Of a DNA stretch of 64,000 nt, positions 39,265-53,400 are shown one piece after another. The stretch's first letter is position 1; the number at the start of each line of letters is the position of its first letter. The stretch is from Eledone cirrhosa (taxonomy: Eukaryota). The translations under genes were made by a program, and so were the position numbers. The notes under the pieces are model-generated. The model did not search any database. It worked only from the letters and a program-made list of their open reading frames with translations, and was not told the origin of the DNA. The stretch covers positions 88,412,001-88,476,000 of the forward strand of contig OZ024740.1 in NCBI GenBank assembly GCA_964016885.1, written 5' to 3'.

Positions 39265-39585
39265 CACGAGAGTGCAAGAGAAGGAGAGGGAGAAAATTAA
39301 CCGATACCAGGACCTAAAGTGGGAGGTGAAAAGGATTTGGAACTGCCATGAAGTCAAAGTGATTCCGATTGTCATAGGCGCACTGGGGACTATCTCCAAA
39401 GGTTTCCAGGGATGGTTAAAGAAAATCGGCCCCTTCACGCTTTTTGGAACGCTTCAAAAGGCATGCTTGCTTGGAACGGCAAGAACCCTCCGATACGTCC
39501 TGAATATCTGAGGCTGCAGGTAGTGGCTTGATATTCAATCCAACGGACTTTCCAGTTAACCAACATCAATGACTGAGATTCAAGG
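39264..39585 (+). mobile_element. Dong/R4 family B, short 3' fragment
   Basis: Near-identical to the 3' end of 50465-54325. Confidence 0.9.
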
Positions 39586-39623
39586 AATAACAATAACAAT
39601 AATAATAATAATAATAATAATAA

Positions 39624-40684
39624 TACAACATGTTCCACAAGAGGAGTGATGTCGATAGACTCTACCTAAGGAGATCTGAGGGTGGAAGAGGTCTTATCAG
39701 CATAGAGGACTGTGTTCAGATGGAGAAAAACAACCTATACAAATACGTGACCTATAGTAAGGAGCCAATGCTCAGAACTGTACTGAAGGAGGGGACAGTA
39801 GACCAGGGGATGCCCAAGGAGGAAATAACATCAAGGAGGAAGAGCAGCCTTAAGGGAAAATCCCTTCATAGTACCTTCTTTGAGAAAACTGAATTTAGAG
39901 ATCCACAGACATGGAACTGGTTGAGAAGAGGAGACCTCAAAAAGGCTACAGAAGGAATGTTAATGGCTGCGCAGGAGCAGGCCCTCAAAACGAAGTGGTT
40001 GAAGCACCATATTTACAGGGAGGAGGCTAGCCCACTGTGCAGGATCTGTGGAGAGAGAGAGGAGACTGTGGCTCACATTGTGTCCGAGTGTAAACACCTA
40101 GCCCAGACCCACTATAAGGGCTGGAGACACGATGTGATGGGCAGGGTGATCCACTGGCACCTGTGCAAAGTAAACAATTTACCACATTCTGAGAAATGGT
40201 ATGAACATAGGCCAGAGGCGGTGATGGAGAACAATCAGGTGACGGTGCTGTGGGATTTTAGGATACGGACGGACAAAAAACTGGAACACAATAGACCTGA
40301 CCTGGTGGTTGTGGACAAAGAAAAAAGATCGTGTCTGATTGTGGATGTGGCCTGCCCTTTCGACACGAGAGTGCAAGAGAAGGAGAGGGAGCAAATTAAC
40401 CGATACCAGGTCCTAAAGTGGGAGGTGAAAAGGATTTGGAACTGCCATGAAGTCAAAGTGATCCCGATTGTCATAGGCGCACTGGGGACTATCTCCAAAA
40501 GTTTCCAAGGATGGTTAAAGAAAATCGGCCCCTTCACGCTTTTTGGAACGCTTCAAAAGGCATGCTTGCTGGGAACAGCAAGAACCCTCCGATACGTCCT
40601 GAATATCTGAGGCTGCAGGTAGTGGCTTGATATTCATTCCAACGGACTTTCCAGTTAACCAACATCAATGACTGAGATTCAAGG
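39624..40684 (+). mobile_element. Dong/R4 family B, 5'-truncated (zinc knuckle + RLE)
   Basis: ORF 39630-40610 is almost identical to the C-terminal 326 aa of the 1130-aa ORF. Confidence 0.93.
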
Positions 40685-40693
40685 AATAACAAC

Positions 40694-40762
<69 letters not shown>

Positions 40763-40847
40763 AAGAAGAAAAAGAAGAAGAAAGGGGGAGGAGGAGGAGG
40801 AGGAGGAGGAGGGGGAGGAGGAGGAGGAGAAGAAGAAGAAGAAGAAG
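40685..40847. repeat. Compound trinucleotide tract (AAT)n-(AAG)n-(GAG)n-(AAG)n
   Basis: Visible repeats. Confidence 0.95.
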
Positions 40848-43600
40848 ATATGGACTGTCTTCTAGAGAAACAATAGATTCAACAAAAGAATCTCTGAAAC
40901 AAAAAGTCCAAGTAAAAGCCCAACGAATTCGTAGATTCGAGAAGCGAAACAACTCCTACAGGCAAAATAAGTTGTTCTTATCCAGTGCCAAGTCATTTTA
41001 TAGAGAAGTAGGTAAGAAAACTTCTGGAGTAAGATTTGGTGTGATGAAAAGACATATAATAGTAATGTAGATTGGATTAGTCGCCTGGAAATATTCTACA
41101 CAATTTAGAACAGGCGTGGGAAGACATCTCTATAGCGGACTTAAGGACAGCGCTCAATAAATCTCATTAATGGAAATCTCCTGGTAGAGACAGGGTGCCA
41201 AATTTCTGGCTTTCTTCACTCCCGTGCACTCACAATATATTAGTCAATCTGTTTAATGGAATATGAAAGATCCAAAAAATACACTTGATTGGACAGCAAG
41301 TGACATTACCTACCTTCTACCAAAGAACAACGAAACCAAAGATCCACAAAACTATCGGCCCATAACATGCTTGTCCACCACTTATAAACTATTAACCTCT
41401 ATTCTCATGGAAAAAGCATACGTGTTTTTGGAGGAGAACAATCTTTTTCCCATTGAACAAAAAGAGTGCCGACGAGATTCATATGGTTGCAAAGATCAAC
41501 TTTTGATTAATCGTATGATCCTTGAGAACTGTCATAATAAATACAGAAATCTCAGTTCTGCATGGATCGATGATAAAAAAGCCTTTGACAACATACCACA
41601 CTCATGGATTCTGAAATCACTGGACATCTTCAAAATCTCACCTGCGATCTCAAATTTCCTGAAGCACAATATGTCATTATGGAACACAATTCTCCAATTG
41701 TCTCATTCCACTGGGGTACTGTGCTCTAGGAATATAAACATCAACTGTGGTATATTCCAGGGTGACTCACTTTCACCCATGCTTTTCTGAATAGCTTTAA
41801 TACCCCTTACACCCGAGCTTAATAGAACAGGGTACGGTTATAGAATTGACAACCAAAGAATAAGCCACCTATTTTATATGGATGATTTGAAGCTATATTA
41901 CAAAGATAATGACGAACTGGAAGGCCTTTTCGGACAGTGAAAACGTTTAGCGATGAGATCAGGATGCAGTTTGGACTTGACAAGTGTGCAAAAGCCACTT
42001 TCAAGAAGGGGAAGCTTGTCAACTCAGACTCAGTTGAATTGGATGCTGAAACAATCATAAAGGAACTTGAGCAGGAACAAACCTATAAATACTTAGGGAT
42101 TAATGAAGGCTCTGGCATACAGCATGCAAGTATAAAAGAGAGGATAAGGAAAGAATGTTACAGGAGAGTACGTGCAGTTCTGAGAACAGAACTAAACGCT
42201 CGTTACAAGGTGCTAGCCATAAATTCCTTGGCAGTCCCAGTTGTCACTTATAGCTTCGGTGTGTTGAACTGGAATATGAGTGAAATCAAAAGAATCGACA
42301 CCAAAATCCGTAAGCTACTGACCTGTAATAGGATGCATCACCCAAAAGCAGATGTGGATCGCCTTTACCTTCCTAGAACTCAGGGAGGCCGTGGCCTGAT
42401 CCAATTTGAACTTGCTTACAAGACCACCATCATTGGACTTGAATCAACTAACGACTGTATGCTGGAACTTGTTGAAAAGCATGAGAGAAGTTAGAAGCTT
42501 CATTCTATCTTGAAGGAGAGCAAAAAATATGCTGCTGTTCTCCTGCTTGATACCCAGGCTGGACAGACTAAAGAAACTGTTGCAACTGATGCTGCTAGGC
42601 ACATAAAATCACTGGCAAAAGCAAAAGGGCAGGTACAATTGGCATCAAATTGGGAGCAGAAACCACTGCATGGCAAATATGTGGTCCGTAGCAAACAAGC
42701 TGATGTTGACCAAAAGCTCACTCATCAGTGGCTACGTAGTTCAGAGCTGAAGGCGGAGAGTGCAGGCTTCATCTTAGCTGCCCAAGATCAAAGCTTATTG
42801 ACTCGTAATTACCAGGCCAATGTGATGAGAAATGGAATAAACCAAATGTGCCGATTCTGCAATGCTGGGTTGAAACAGTGGATCACTTAGTCTCTGGATG
42901 TAAAGTTTTAGCACCAGTAGAATACAAATATAAACATAACAGAGTTGGCCAATATCTACACTGGGTAATATGTCGGCATTACAAAATCAAAGCTGAAGAC
43001 AAGTGGTACAACCATCACCCTGAGGCTGTAACAGAAGGAGAAAAAGTAACAATTCTCTCGGACTTTCCTGAAGATACTGACAGGACCATAAAAGCAAATA
43101 GACCTGAAATCATTATAAAAGATCAACATAACAAGGTCTGTTTGTTGATAGATATGAGCATCCCATGTGATCACAATATCGTGGCAAAAGAATTTGACAA
43201 GCTACGAAAATATAAAGATCTGCTTATTGAAATTGAGAAAATGTGGCACCTCAAGGCCGTTACAATACCAGTGATTGTGGGATGAATCGGAATGATCAAG
43301 AAAGGAACAGAACAATATTTGCGAATGATTCCTGGTTTACCCTCTCTGCAAAAAATTGTTTTGACTGGTACTGCGCACGTATTGAGAAGAGCACTATCTC
43401 TTTAAGATTGATATCCCTCCTTGTATTTACACAAGCATATGCACATGTGTATATATGTATATGTTTTTTTTTTGTTTTTTTTTTATTATAATCAATGTGC
43501 TGTATTAATTGACTTACCAATGCAGAGTGTGAATGTATTTGCCGTAGGTGTCAGGAAGACACTCGGCATATATCTCAGAAACAATAATGAAAGAAAATAA
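40848..43600 (+). mobile_element. Dong/R4 family C, truncated and frameshifted
   Basis: YRPITCL, QGDSLSP, YMDD, RLYLPRTQGGRG, CRFC, IDMSIP pieces; AAT tail. Confidence 0.9.
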
Positions 43601-43663
43601 AAATGATAATAATAATAATAATATAAACAATAACAACAACTATAATAATAATTATTACTATTA

Positions 43664-43775
43664 TGAGTTCAAATCCCGCCGAGGTAAACTTTGCCTTTCA
43701 TCCTTACGGGGTCGATAAAATAAAGTACCAGTAATGCAGTGGATAATTGCTGGCCTTGTGCCAAAGTATAAACAA
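43664..43775 (+). mobile_element. 5'-truncated MetaSINE-like SINE
   Basis: B box GAGTTCAAATCC, core, TGGCCTTGTGCCA hairpin and (ATT)n tail. Confidence 0.85.
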
Positions 43776-43808
43776 TTATTATTATTATTATCATTATTAT
43801 TATTATTG

Positions 43809-45984
43809 TTCTTTGAGTCTCAGTCATTGATGTTATTTAACTGGAAAGTTTGTTGAAATGAATATCAAGCCACTACCTGCAGCCTTAGATATTCAGGACG
43901 TATCGGAGGGTTCTTGCTGTTCCCAGCAAGCATGCCTTTGGAAGTGTTCCAAAAAGCGGGGCGGGACAAATTTTCTTTAACCATCCTTGGAAACTCTTTG
44001 AGAGAGTACCTAGTGCGCCTATGACAATCGGGACCACTTTGACTTCATGGCAGTTCCAAATCCTTTTTACCTCCCACTATAAGTCCTGGTATCGGTTAAT
44101 TTTCTCCCTCTCCTTCTCTTGCACTCTTGTGTCGAATGGGCAGGCTACATCCACAATCAGGCACAATCTTTTTTCCTTGTCCAAAACCACCAGGTCAGGT
44201 CTATTGTGTTCCAGTTTCTTGTCCGTCTGTATCCTAAAATCCCACAGCACCGTCACCTGATCGTTTTCTATCACCGACTCTGGTTTATGCTCATACCACT
44301 TCTCAGAATGTGGTAAATTGTTTACTTTGCATAGGTGCCAGTAGATCACCCTGCCCATCACATCATGTCTCCAGCCTTTATAGTGAGTCTGGGCTAGGTG
44401 TTTACGCTCGATTACAATGTGATCCACAGTCTCCTCTCTCTCTCAACAGATCCTACACAGGCTAGCCTCCTCCTTGTAAATATGGTGTTTCACCCACTTC
44501 GTTCTGAGGGCCTGCTCTTGCGCAGCCATTAACATTCCTTCTGTAGCCATTTTAAGGTCTCCTCTTTTTAACCAGTTCCATGTCTGTGGATCTCTAAATT
44601 CAGTTTTCTCAAAGAAGGTACTATGAAGGGATTTTTCATGAAGGTTGCTCTTTCTCCTTGTTGTTATTTCCTCCTTGGACATCCTCTGGTCTATTGTCCT
44701 CTCCTTCAGTACAAGTCTGAGCATTGGCTCCCTACTATCAGTCACGTATTTGTGAAGGTTGTTTTCCTCCATCTTAACACAGTCCTCTATGCTGATAAGC
44801 CCTCTTCCACCTTCAGATCTCCTTAAGTAAAGTCTATCGACATCACTCCTCTTGTGGAACATGTTGTAGATAGTCAATAGCTTCCCAGTCTTCCTATCCA
44901 TTTATTTTTGTTCAGCAACATTCCATCTCAGAATTCCCGCACTGTACCTAATAATAGACACAGCTCGGGAATTTACTGCACTTATGGCATTCCTACTGTT
45001 CAGATGTGACTTCAATACGCTCCTTACTCTCCGAATGTATACAGATCTTATCAATTCGTTCATTTGTTTGTTCTTTATGCCATCAGCCTCCAGAACACCT
45101 AAATATTTGTATCCTTTCTTCAGTGTCAATTTCCTTTATCATCTCACCTGTTGGTACCTGGATTCCGTTACTTCTGCTCAATTTACCCCTCTTCATCACA
45201 AGGACTCCACACTTAGTAATACCAAATTGCATACATATATCATTGCTGACAGTGTCAACAAGCACATCCAACTCCTTCTCACCCTTCCCGAAGAGCTTAA
45301 GATCGTCCATGAAGAAGAGGTGATTGATGGTAAGCTTTCCCTTTCCCAACTTGTAACCTACTCTCACTTTTCGCAGTATAATGGTAAGGGGCATCAGAGC
45401 AAGGACAAATAGCAGAGGGGACAAACTATCTCCCTGGAAGATACCTCTCTTGATCTTCACGCCTCCCAAGGATTCTCCAGCTGATGTTAACTCTGTTTTC
45501 CAGGACTTTATACTTTTGCTCAACAACTGTCTGATGTTATCTGCCACCTTGAAGATCTCTAGGCTTTTGGTGATCCAAGAATGAGGCACCATGTCAAATG
45601 CCTTTTTGTAGTCTATCCATCCCATGACAAGACCAGTGTGTCTCCTCTTGCAATTCCTCATTACCATCTTATCAATAAGTAACTGGTCCTTTGTACCACG
45701 GGACTTCTTTCGGCATCCTTTCTGTTCGTCCGGTAACAAGTTGTTTGTGTGGAGGTGATAGTAGATTTCTTCAGACACAATGCTTGCCAACAGTTTCCAC
45801 ATTACGGACAGACATGTGATAGGTCTATAGTTGGTAACATCATCACCCTTGATTCGGTCTTTCATTACCAGAACTGTGGTACATTTTGTCAAACACTCTG
45901 GTACCTCACTTGACATCAAGCAGTCATTGAACATAGTTGTCAGTTTCGGGTGGAGGGATGTTATATTTTTAATCCAATACCCCC
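43809..45984 (-). mobile_element. Dong/R4 family B sibling, 5'-truncated and frameshifted
   Basis: RT and RLE fragments similar to, but diverged from, the 1130-aa ORF; (ATT)n flanks. Confidence 0.92.
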
Positions 45985-46049
<65 letters not shown>

Positions 46050-46050
<1 letters not shown>

Positions 46051-49000
46051 AGTTGCATTTATCTTGCTTTATGTTCATACGAGTTATCACCAAGTCACAA
46101 CCAGTGACCTCAAGAGACAACAAGGTCCGCCATGTTCAAGAAAGAACATACATACTCACACATGCATCTTTAGTGTTTAGACTTGTGATGTACTTATATT
46201 GACAGAATCTTCCTTAGTATATGGGCAGTTCCCATTAGTACTATCTTTTGTATTTCTCCTATACGCGGGTTTCCTGTGATTTGCGATAAGTAATCATTAG
46301 ACCCCTTAGGTATCATTCCCAGAGCGCCTACAACTACTGGTATTGTTTTAGTTCTCAATGTCCACATTTTTCCAATTTCTATCTCCAGGTCCTTATACTT
46401 GCTCAATTTTTCAAATGTTTTCATAGATACATTCTTGTCTATTGGAAGAGACATATCAATTAGCAGGCATACCCTCTTTTTGAAGTCCTTCAATATTATA
46501 TCAGGTCTATTTGCATCTATTTTTCGGTCTGTTTGGATGCTAAAGTTCCACAATATTGAGATGTGATCTTTTTCAAGTATGGGAGGTGGTTGATCCTCCC
46601 ACCAATACTTTTGATGGGGCAGGTCAAAATGCTTACACATTATCCAATGTATGTATTGTGCAGCTCTGTCATGCATGTTTAGGTATTCGGTTTGAGCTAT
46701 AGGACTGCACATTGAAATTATATGGTCAATGGTCTCTGGTTGTTTTTTGCATACACGGCATAATGGGCTGCATCCATTTTTTATTATGTTGGCTTGGTAA
46801 TTTTTTGTTGGCAGACACTGATCTTGTGCTGATATAATCAGTCCTTCAGTCTCCGATTTCAGTCCAGAGGATGCCAACCACTGATGGGTTAAAGTTTTGT
46901 CAACATCAGGATTGTTAGCTCGCTCTGGGTATTTTCCATACAGAGGCTTTTCTTGCCATTTCTTAGCCAGTTTCTGTAGCAGTTCTTTCTTTGCAGTTAC
47001 TTTTACCTGCTTTGCTTTTTCTGTGTTTTCCATTTTAGCAGTAAATGGGACTTCTGAAATTTGTAGTCCATTACTGTATCTGTGTGCATCTTTTGTAATG
47101 GAATATGATCTTTTGATGCTTTCGTATTTCAAAACGAGTTTGATCATCCAATCATGTGATTCCCTTAGATATGTAGATAATCCAATTGTTGCCGTTTTCA
47201 ACGCAATGTCTAACTGGATTAACCCACGTCCTCCTTCTTTCCTAGGGAGATATATTCTATCTATATCTGCCTTAGGGTGATGCATTCTGTGCATGGTTAA
47301 GTGTTTTCGAATTTTTGTATCGAGCCTACGGATCTCTGTGCTTGACCAGTTGATGACATTGTAACTGTAGGTTACTACTGGTATGGAAAGCGTGTTTATG
47401 GCATCGATCATATTCCTTGCATTCAATTCCGTTCTTAAGATTGCTCTTACTCTGCGGTAACATTCCTTCTTTATCCTTTCCCTCATTGTCGAGTGCTTGA
47501 TTCCGTCTCCTTCACAAACACCTAGATATTTGTAAGTTTTTTCTTGTTCAAGTTCTCTTATCACGTTCCCCCGATCAAGATTAATGTCTGAACTCTTCAG
47601 CAGCTTTCCTCTGGTGAACGTTGCTTTGGCGCATTTATCTAGTCCAAACTCCATTTTAATGTCATCACTGAACTGCTCCACAGTGGATAATAGCCCTTGC
47701 AATTGTTCATCATTTTTTGCAAATAGTTTCAGGTCATCCATGTAGAACAAGTGATTAATGGTTTTGTCATAGACTTTATATCCATGTTTTGTTTCATTGA
47801 GCATTTTACGTAATGGTATAAGTGCGATGCAGAATAAAAGCGGTGATAAAGAGTCACCCTGAAAAATTCCACAATTAATATTAACTTCTCCAGCTTCCAG
47901 TGATTTTGTTTCACTATTCAAAAGGAGTGTCGTTTTCCATGTCTTCATACTGAATGACAAAAACCTCCTGACAACGGGGGATATTTTGAAAATCTTTAAA
48001 CATTTTTCAATCCAACTGTGTGGCAAACTATCGAATGCCTTTTTATAATCTATCCAAGCAATCGATAGATTTTTGTGTCTATTATGACAATCTTCCAGTA
48101 TCATTTTGTTAACCAAAAGCTGATCCTTACAGCCATATGAGGCTCGTTTACACCCTTTCTGCTCAATGGGAAATAGGTCATTTGTTATCAGGTGGTCATA
48201 TGTGTATTCAGCTAGGACTGATGTTCAAATTTTATACATTGTGGTCAAGAAAGCTATCGGTCTGTAATTTTTGGGATTGTTTGTCTCATTATTCTTCGGA
48301 AGCAGGAATTTAATGCCGTTAACTAGCCATGATGGTATCTTTTCTGGCTCCTTAACTATTTCATTGTAAAGTTGGGCTAACAGCTCATGAGACTCTGTGA
48401 AGGCATTTATCCAAAAATTTTGTATTTTGTCTTTTCCTGGGGATTTCCATTTGCTGGTTTTTCTTAGAGCCAAGTGCAACTGTTCAACTGTTATATTTTC
48501 CCATATTTGTTCCTCAAGGTGAGCTGTATCTTTCATTTGTCTGTCTATCCATGGGCATGTATGTTATGAACTTTTTCTTCGGCCCAGCTCTTTTCCCAAA
48601 ATTCTTGCACTTCCTCCTTGGGTGGTATGATTTAGCAGTTATTGTTGACTTACCAATTTTTCTGTAGAAGTTTCTTTGGTTGTTTTTGAACATATTATTG
48701 TCCTTATAGAATCTAGATCGTTTTTCAAAGCGCCTTATACGAGCAGCTTTGGCCGACACTTTTTGCTTGATTATTTCTATCAGCATGTCTATGTCACATG
48801 TTGATTTTATACTGTACTTTCTTTTCAATTTTCTAAGTTTAGTTTGTTTAACATGTTCACCTACTTTATAGTTTGTTAAAATTCTATGTCAGATCGGAGA
48901 AGGTTTATTTGGCGATTGATGTTCTCTTGCCAAGTAGATTTCTTGTGGGAATTACTTTGTTTTTTCATCTTCACTCCACATAAGTGAGTGGTGACTTTAG

Positions 49001-50020
49001 CCGATGCATAATAGAGATGATTTAAATCAGTAATGTTTAGTTTGTTTGTGATGATAATTTTTTTGAGAATTATGTTAGTCTTGTGTATTATCTTTTGGTT
49101 CTGTTTGGAGTTCTGGATCTTAGATGAGGGTGTCTCGTTGCCCCATGTCAGATTCTTTCAATTTCATCCATTCGATCATAATTTCATCCTTCAAGTTGGC
49201 AAGTTCATTCTCATTCATTTCTTTCGATCTCATTATTTTTATTTGGAGTTTCATCTTGAGCATGCACTCCCTCCACTTTTTCGATCCTTTCTTTAATTTG
49301 TTCTGTTGCTAGTGATTCCGCCCCAACCCTGGGATTCGAAGTGTTACAATTTACCTCGTTTTCACTGACACATGTTTCATTTTCCCTTTGTTGACTTTGT
49401 GCTAATAGCTTGATCTGATCAATTTCTATATCAGTTAGTAACTTTTTTCTTACAATATTTCTTCGTATATTGGCTAGTTTGTTACTGTCAACATAGCCTC
49501 TGTTTTCGGGATGTTTCTTTTTCCAGTTGATATATGTCTGTTCTGTATTCGATGTATTTGATGGGTAGTACATGGCAGTGTAGAAAGCCTCAAGGACTTC
49601 TTTATTATCTTCCCTTGACCATTTTTCTCTCTTTTTCTTTGGATTTCTTGGTGGTGAGCATGGAGGGTCAACTGTAGGAGTATTCCGGTTGTGGGAGGTC
49701 TCCAGCTCCGAAGTGATGGGAAGGTTTGAACCATTAGCTGATCTTTCGACCCCAGTCTGGTTCCTCTCTGAGGGACGCAGCCCTTTTTTACCCGGGTGAC
49801 GACCGATCCGGTATGAGATTTTATCATTAGACATTTACTTTATTTTGTCGCGTTTTATCCTTATCCGCCAAGGGGTAATCATTTCGTGTTACCACTTCTA
49901 GAACGAGTGTCAACCAAGACTAGAGGGGTCGTTCTCCCCTAGAGACACGGCTATTCCCCGCCGGCCGCCATCCCGGTATTTCTTGGTCACGGGGTTTTCT
50001 TTTTGTTGTTTTTTTTTAAA
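46050..50020 (-). mobile_element. Dong/R4 family A, near full length, frameshifted
   Basis: ORF pieces 49211-49834, 48514-48828, 48225-48536 and 46194-48116 cover the N-terminus, RT, CCHC and RLE; GC-rich 5' UTR at 49835-49995. Confidence 0.93.
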
Positions 50021-50075
50021 ATTGTTATTATCATGAGTGGTTCCTTAATGTGAGCATTGCGTGGCTTAAGAATGA

Positions 50076-50133
50076 AATTATTAATAATTGTCTCCACTCC
50101 AGGCACAAGGCCAGCAGTCACCCAGTGCATTAC
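50076..50133 (-). mobile_element. SINE 3' tail fragment
   Basis: Minus strand GTAATGCACTGGGTGACTGCTGGCCTTGTGCCTGGAGTGGAGACAATTATT matches 9277-9328. Confidence 0.75.
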
Positions 50134-50464
50134 AATAATATAATATACTTTTTGCTGAAGTTGCCTGTTATTGTTGTTGGCTATGTTGGTGGTGGTGCTG
50201 GGGCTTTTTATATTGTTGGTGAGGAAGGGGGGAGCCAGCAGTGCCATAGTTGTTGACGTTTGGCCGGTAGCCAGATCACTAAGTCAATCTATTTATATCT
50301 TTTGCTAGCCTCTCCCTTGTCTAGTGATACCGCCACCTTCCCCTTTCTTAAGTCAACAGGGGACTAGTGGTGGTAGCAATGAAGGAGTGGTGGCGGCGGT
50401 GATGGGATAGTGGTAGCAATGATGCATGGAGTTTATTATTATTATTATTATTGTTATTGTTATT

Positions 50465-53400
50465 CCTTGAATCTCAGTCATTGATGTTGGTTAACTGGAA
50501 AGTCCGTTGGATTGAATATCAAGCCACTACCTGCAGCCTCAGATATTCAGGACGTATCGGAGGGTTCTTGCCGTTCCAAGCAAGCATGCCTTTTGAAGCG
50601 TTCCAAAAAGCGTGAAGGGGCCGATTTTCTTTAACCATCCCTGGAAACCTTTGGAGATAGTCCCCAGTGCGCCTATGACAATCGGGATCACTTTGACTTC
50701 ATGGCAGTTCCAAATCCTTTTCACCTCCCACTTTAGGTCCTGGTATCGGTTAATTTTCTCCCTCTCCTTCTCTTGCACTCTCGTGTCGAACGGGCAGGCC
50801 ACATCCACAATCAGGCACGATCTTTTTTCTTTGTCCACAACCACCAGGTCAGGTCTATTGTGTTCCAGTTTTTTGTCCGTCTGTATCCTAAAATCCCACA
50901 GCACCTTCACCTGACTGTTCTCCATCACCGCCTCTGGCCTATGCTCATACCATTTCTCAGAATGTGGTAGATTGTTTACTTTGCACAGGTGCCAGTGGAT
51001 CACCCTGCCCATCACATCGTGTCTCCAGCCCTTATAGTGGGTCTGGGCTAGGTGTTTACACTCGGACACAATGTGGGCCACAGTCTCCTCTCTCTCTCCA
51101 CAGATCCTGCACAGTGGGCTAGCCTCCTCCTTGTAGATATGGTGCTTCAACCACTTCGTTTTGAGGGCCTGCTCCTGCGCAGCCATTAGCATTCCTTCTG
51201 TAGCCTTTTTGAGGTCTCCTCTTCTCAACCAGTTCCATGTCTGTGGATCTCTAAATTCAGTTTTCTCAAAGAAGGTACTATGAAGGGATTTTCCCTTAAG
51301 GCTGCTCTTCCTCCTTGATGTTATTTCCTCCTTGGATATCCCCTGGCCTACTGTCCCCTCCTTCAGTACAGCTCTGAGCATTGGCTCCTTACTATAGGTC
51401 ACGTATTTGTATAGGTTGTTTTTCTCCATCTGAACACAGTCCTCTATGCTGATAAGACCTCTTCCACCCTCAGATCTCCTTAGGTAGAGTCTATCGACAT
51501 CACTCCTCTTGTGGAACATGTTGTAGATAGTCAATAGCTTCCTAGTCTTCCTATCCATTTCTTTTTGTTCAGCAACATTCCATCTCAGAATTCCCGCACT
51601 GTACCTAATAATAGACACAGCTCGGGAATTTACTGCGCTTATGGCATTTCTGCTGTTCAGATGTGACTTCAATACGCTCCTTACTCTCCGAATGTATTCA
51701 GTTCTTAACAATTCCTTCATTTTTTTGTTCTTTATGCCATCAGCCTCCAGAACGCCCAAATACTTGTATCCTTCCTCAGAGTCAATTTCCTTTATCATCT
51801 CACCTGTTGGTATCTGGATCCCGTTACTTCTGCTCAACCTACCCCTCCTCATCACAATGACTCCACATTTACCAATACCAAACTGCATACATATATCACT
51901 GCTGAAAATACGGACAGTGTCAACAAGCACATCCAACTCCTTCTCACTTTTCCCGAAGAGCTTAAGATCGTCCATGAAGAGGAGGTGATTGATGGTAAGC
52001 TCTCCCCTTCCCAACTTGTATCCTGCTCTCACTTTTCGCAGCATAATGGTCAAGGGCATCAGGGCAAGGACAAACAACAGAGGGGACAGGCTATCTCCCT
52101 GGAAGATACCTCTCTTGATCTTCACGCTTCCCAAGGATACTCCAGTTGATGTCAACTCTGTCTCCCAGGACCCCATACTCCTGCCCAGCAACTGTCTGAT
52201 GTTATCTGCCACCCTGAAGATCTCCAGGCTTTTGGTGATCCAGGAATGAGGCACCATGTCAAATGCCTTTCTGTAGTCTATCCATCCCATGGCAAGATCA
52301 GTGTGTCTCCTCCTGCAATTCCCCATTACCATCTTATCAATAAGCAACTGGTCCTTTGTACCACGTGACTTCTTTCGGCATCCTTTCTGTTCGTCCGGTA
52401 ACAAGTTGTTTGTGTGGAGGTGATGGTAGATTTCCTCAGACACAATGCTCGTCAACAGTTTCCACATTACGGGCAGACATGTAATAGGTCTATAGTTGGT
52501 AACATCATTACCCTTGCTTCGGTCTTTCATTATCAGAACTGTGGTACCTTTTGTCAACCACTCTGGCACCTCACCCGACACCAAGCAGTCATTGAACATG
52601 GCCGTCAGCTTCGGGTGGAGGGATGTTAAATGTTTAATCCAATACCCCTGCACACCATCTGGGCCTGGTGATTTCCAGTTGGTTAGTTTTTTAGCTTGCC
52701 CCTTAAGAGTTTCAACTGTGATACTCAAATCAGTCTGTTGTTGTGCCTGCTCACCGATCTCCCTCTGTACTGTCTCAATCCACCCTGCCTGGGCATTGTG
52801 TCTAACATCCTGCTCCCATATTCCTCTCCAGAATGTTTTAGCTTGTTCCGCCCCAGGGATCAAGTCGTTGCCTCTTTCTTTCCCCTCAAGCTGTCCAAAC
52901 AGCATCTTCTGGTTGTTGTCGAACATGCGGTTCTGTTTATACTGACTGACTCTGTTCTCGTATCGCCTGATTTTGGCACTCTTTGCTACAATGCGTTGCT
53001 TCAATTCCTCTATGATAATATTTAGCTTTTTACTCCTAGTTTTGTATTTTATTTCCAGTCTATTTTTAGTGCCTATGTTTTTTAGTGTCCCATTCAGTAG
53101 TGACTCAAGCTTTCCTATGTCATTTCTCATTTCCCCGATTTGCCCACTCAGTCGCTTCTTCCACCACGGCTCTGCTCTTTCTTGTCTGTTGTTTCCTCTC
53201 GCTTTTATACCAAGTAGTTTCCTCACCGTATTTGCTGTTGCTTTGAGGATATTGTTGCACTGGTGAAGACTCCTCGCCTCAAGGTATGGGATGACTTTGT
53301 TTACCTTAGCTGTTGTTTCTTTTAACTTTTTCCTGTCTACAAATCTTAGGTTCATAGGTCTCCCACTATCATTGTTCAACTCATCTACCACTAAATTTAG

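Noticed and set aside
36914-40847. CRISPR-like array of repeats and spacers
   Set aside because: The repeats are variable-length (AAT)n and the spacers are retrotransposon 3' ends; no cas genes; eukaryotic context
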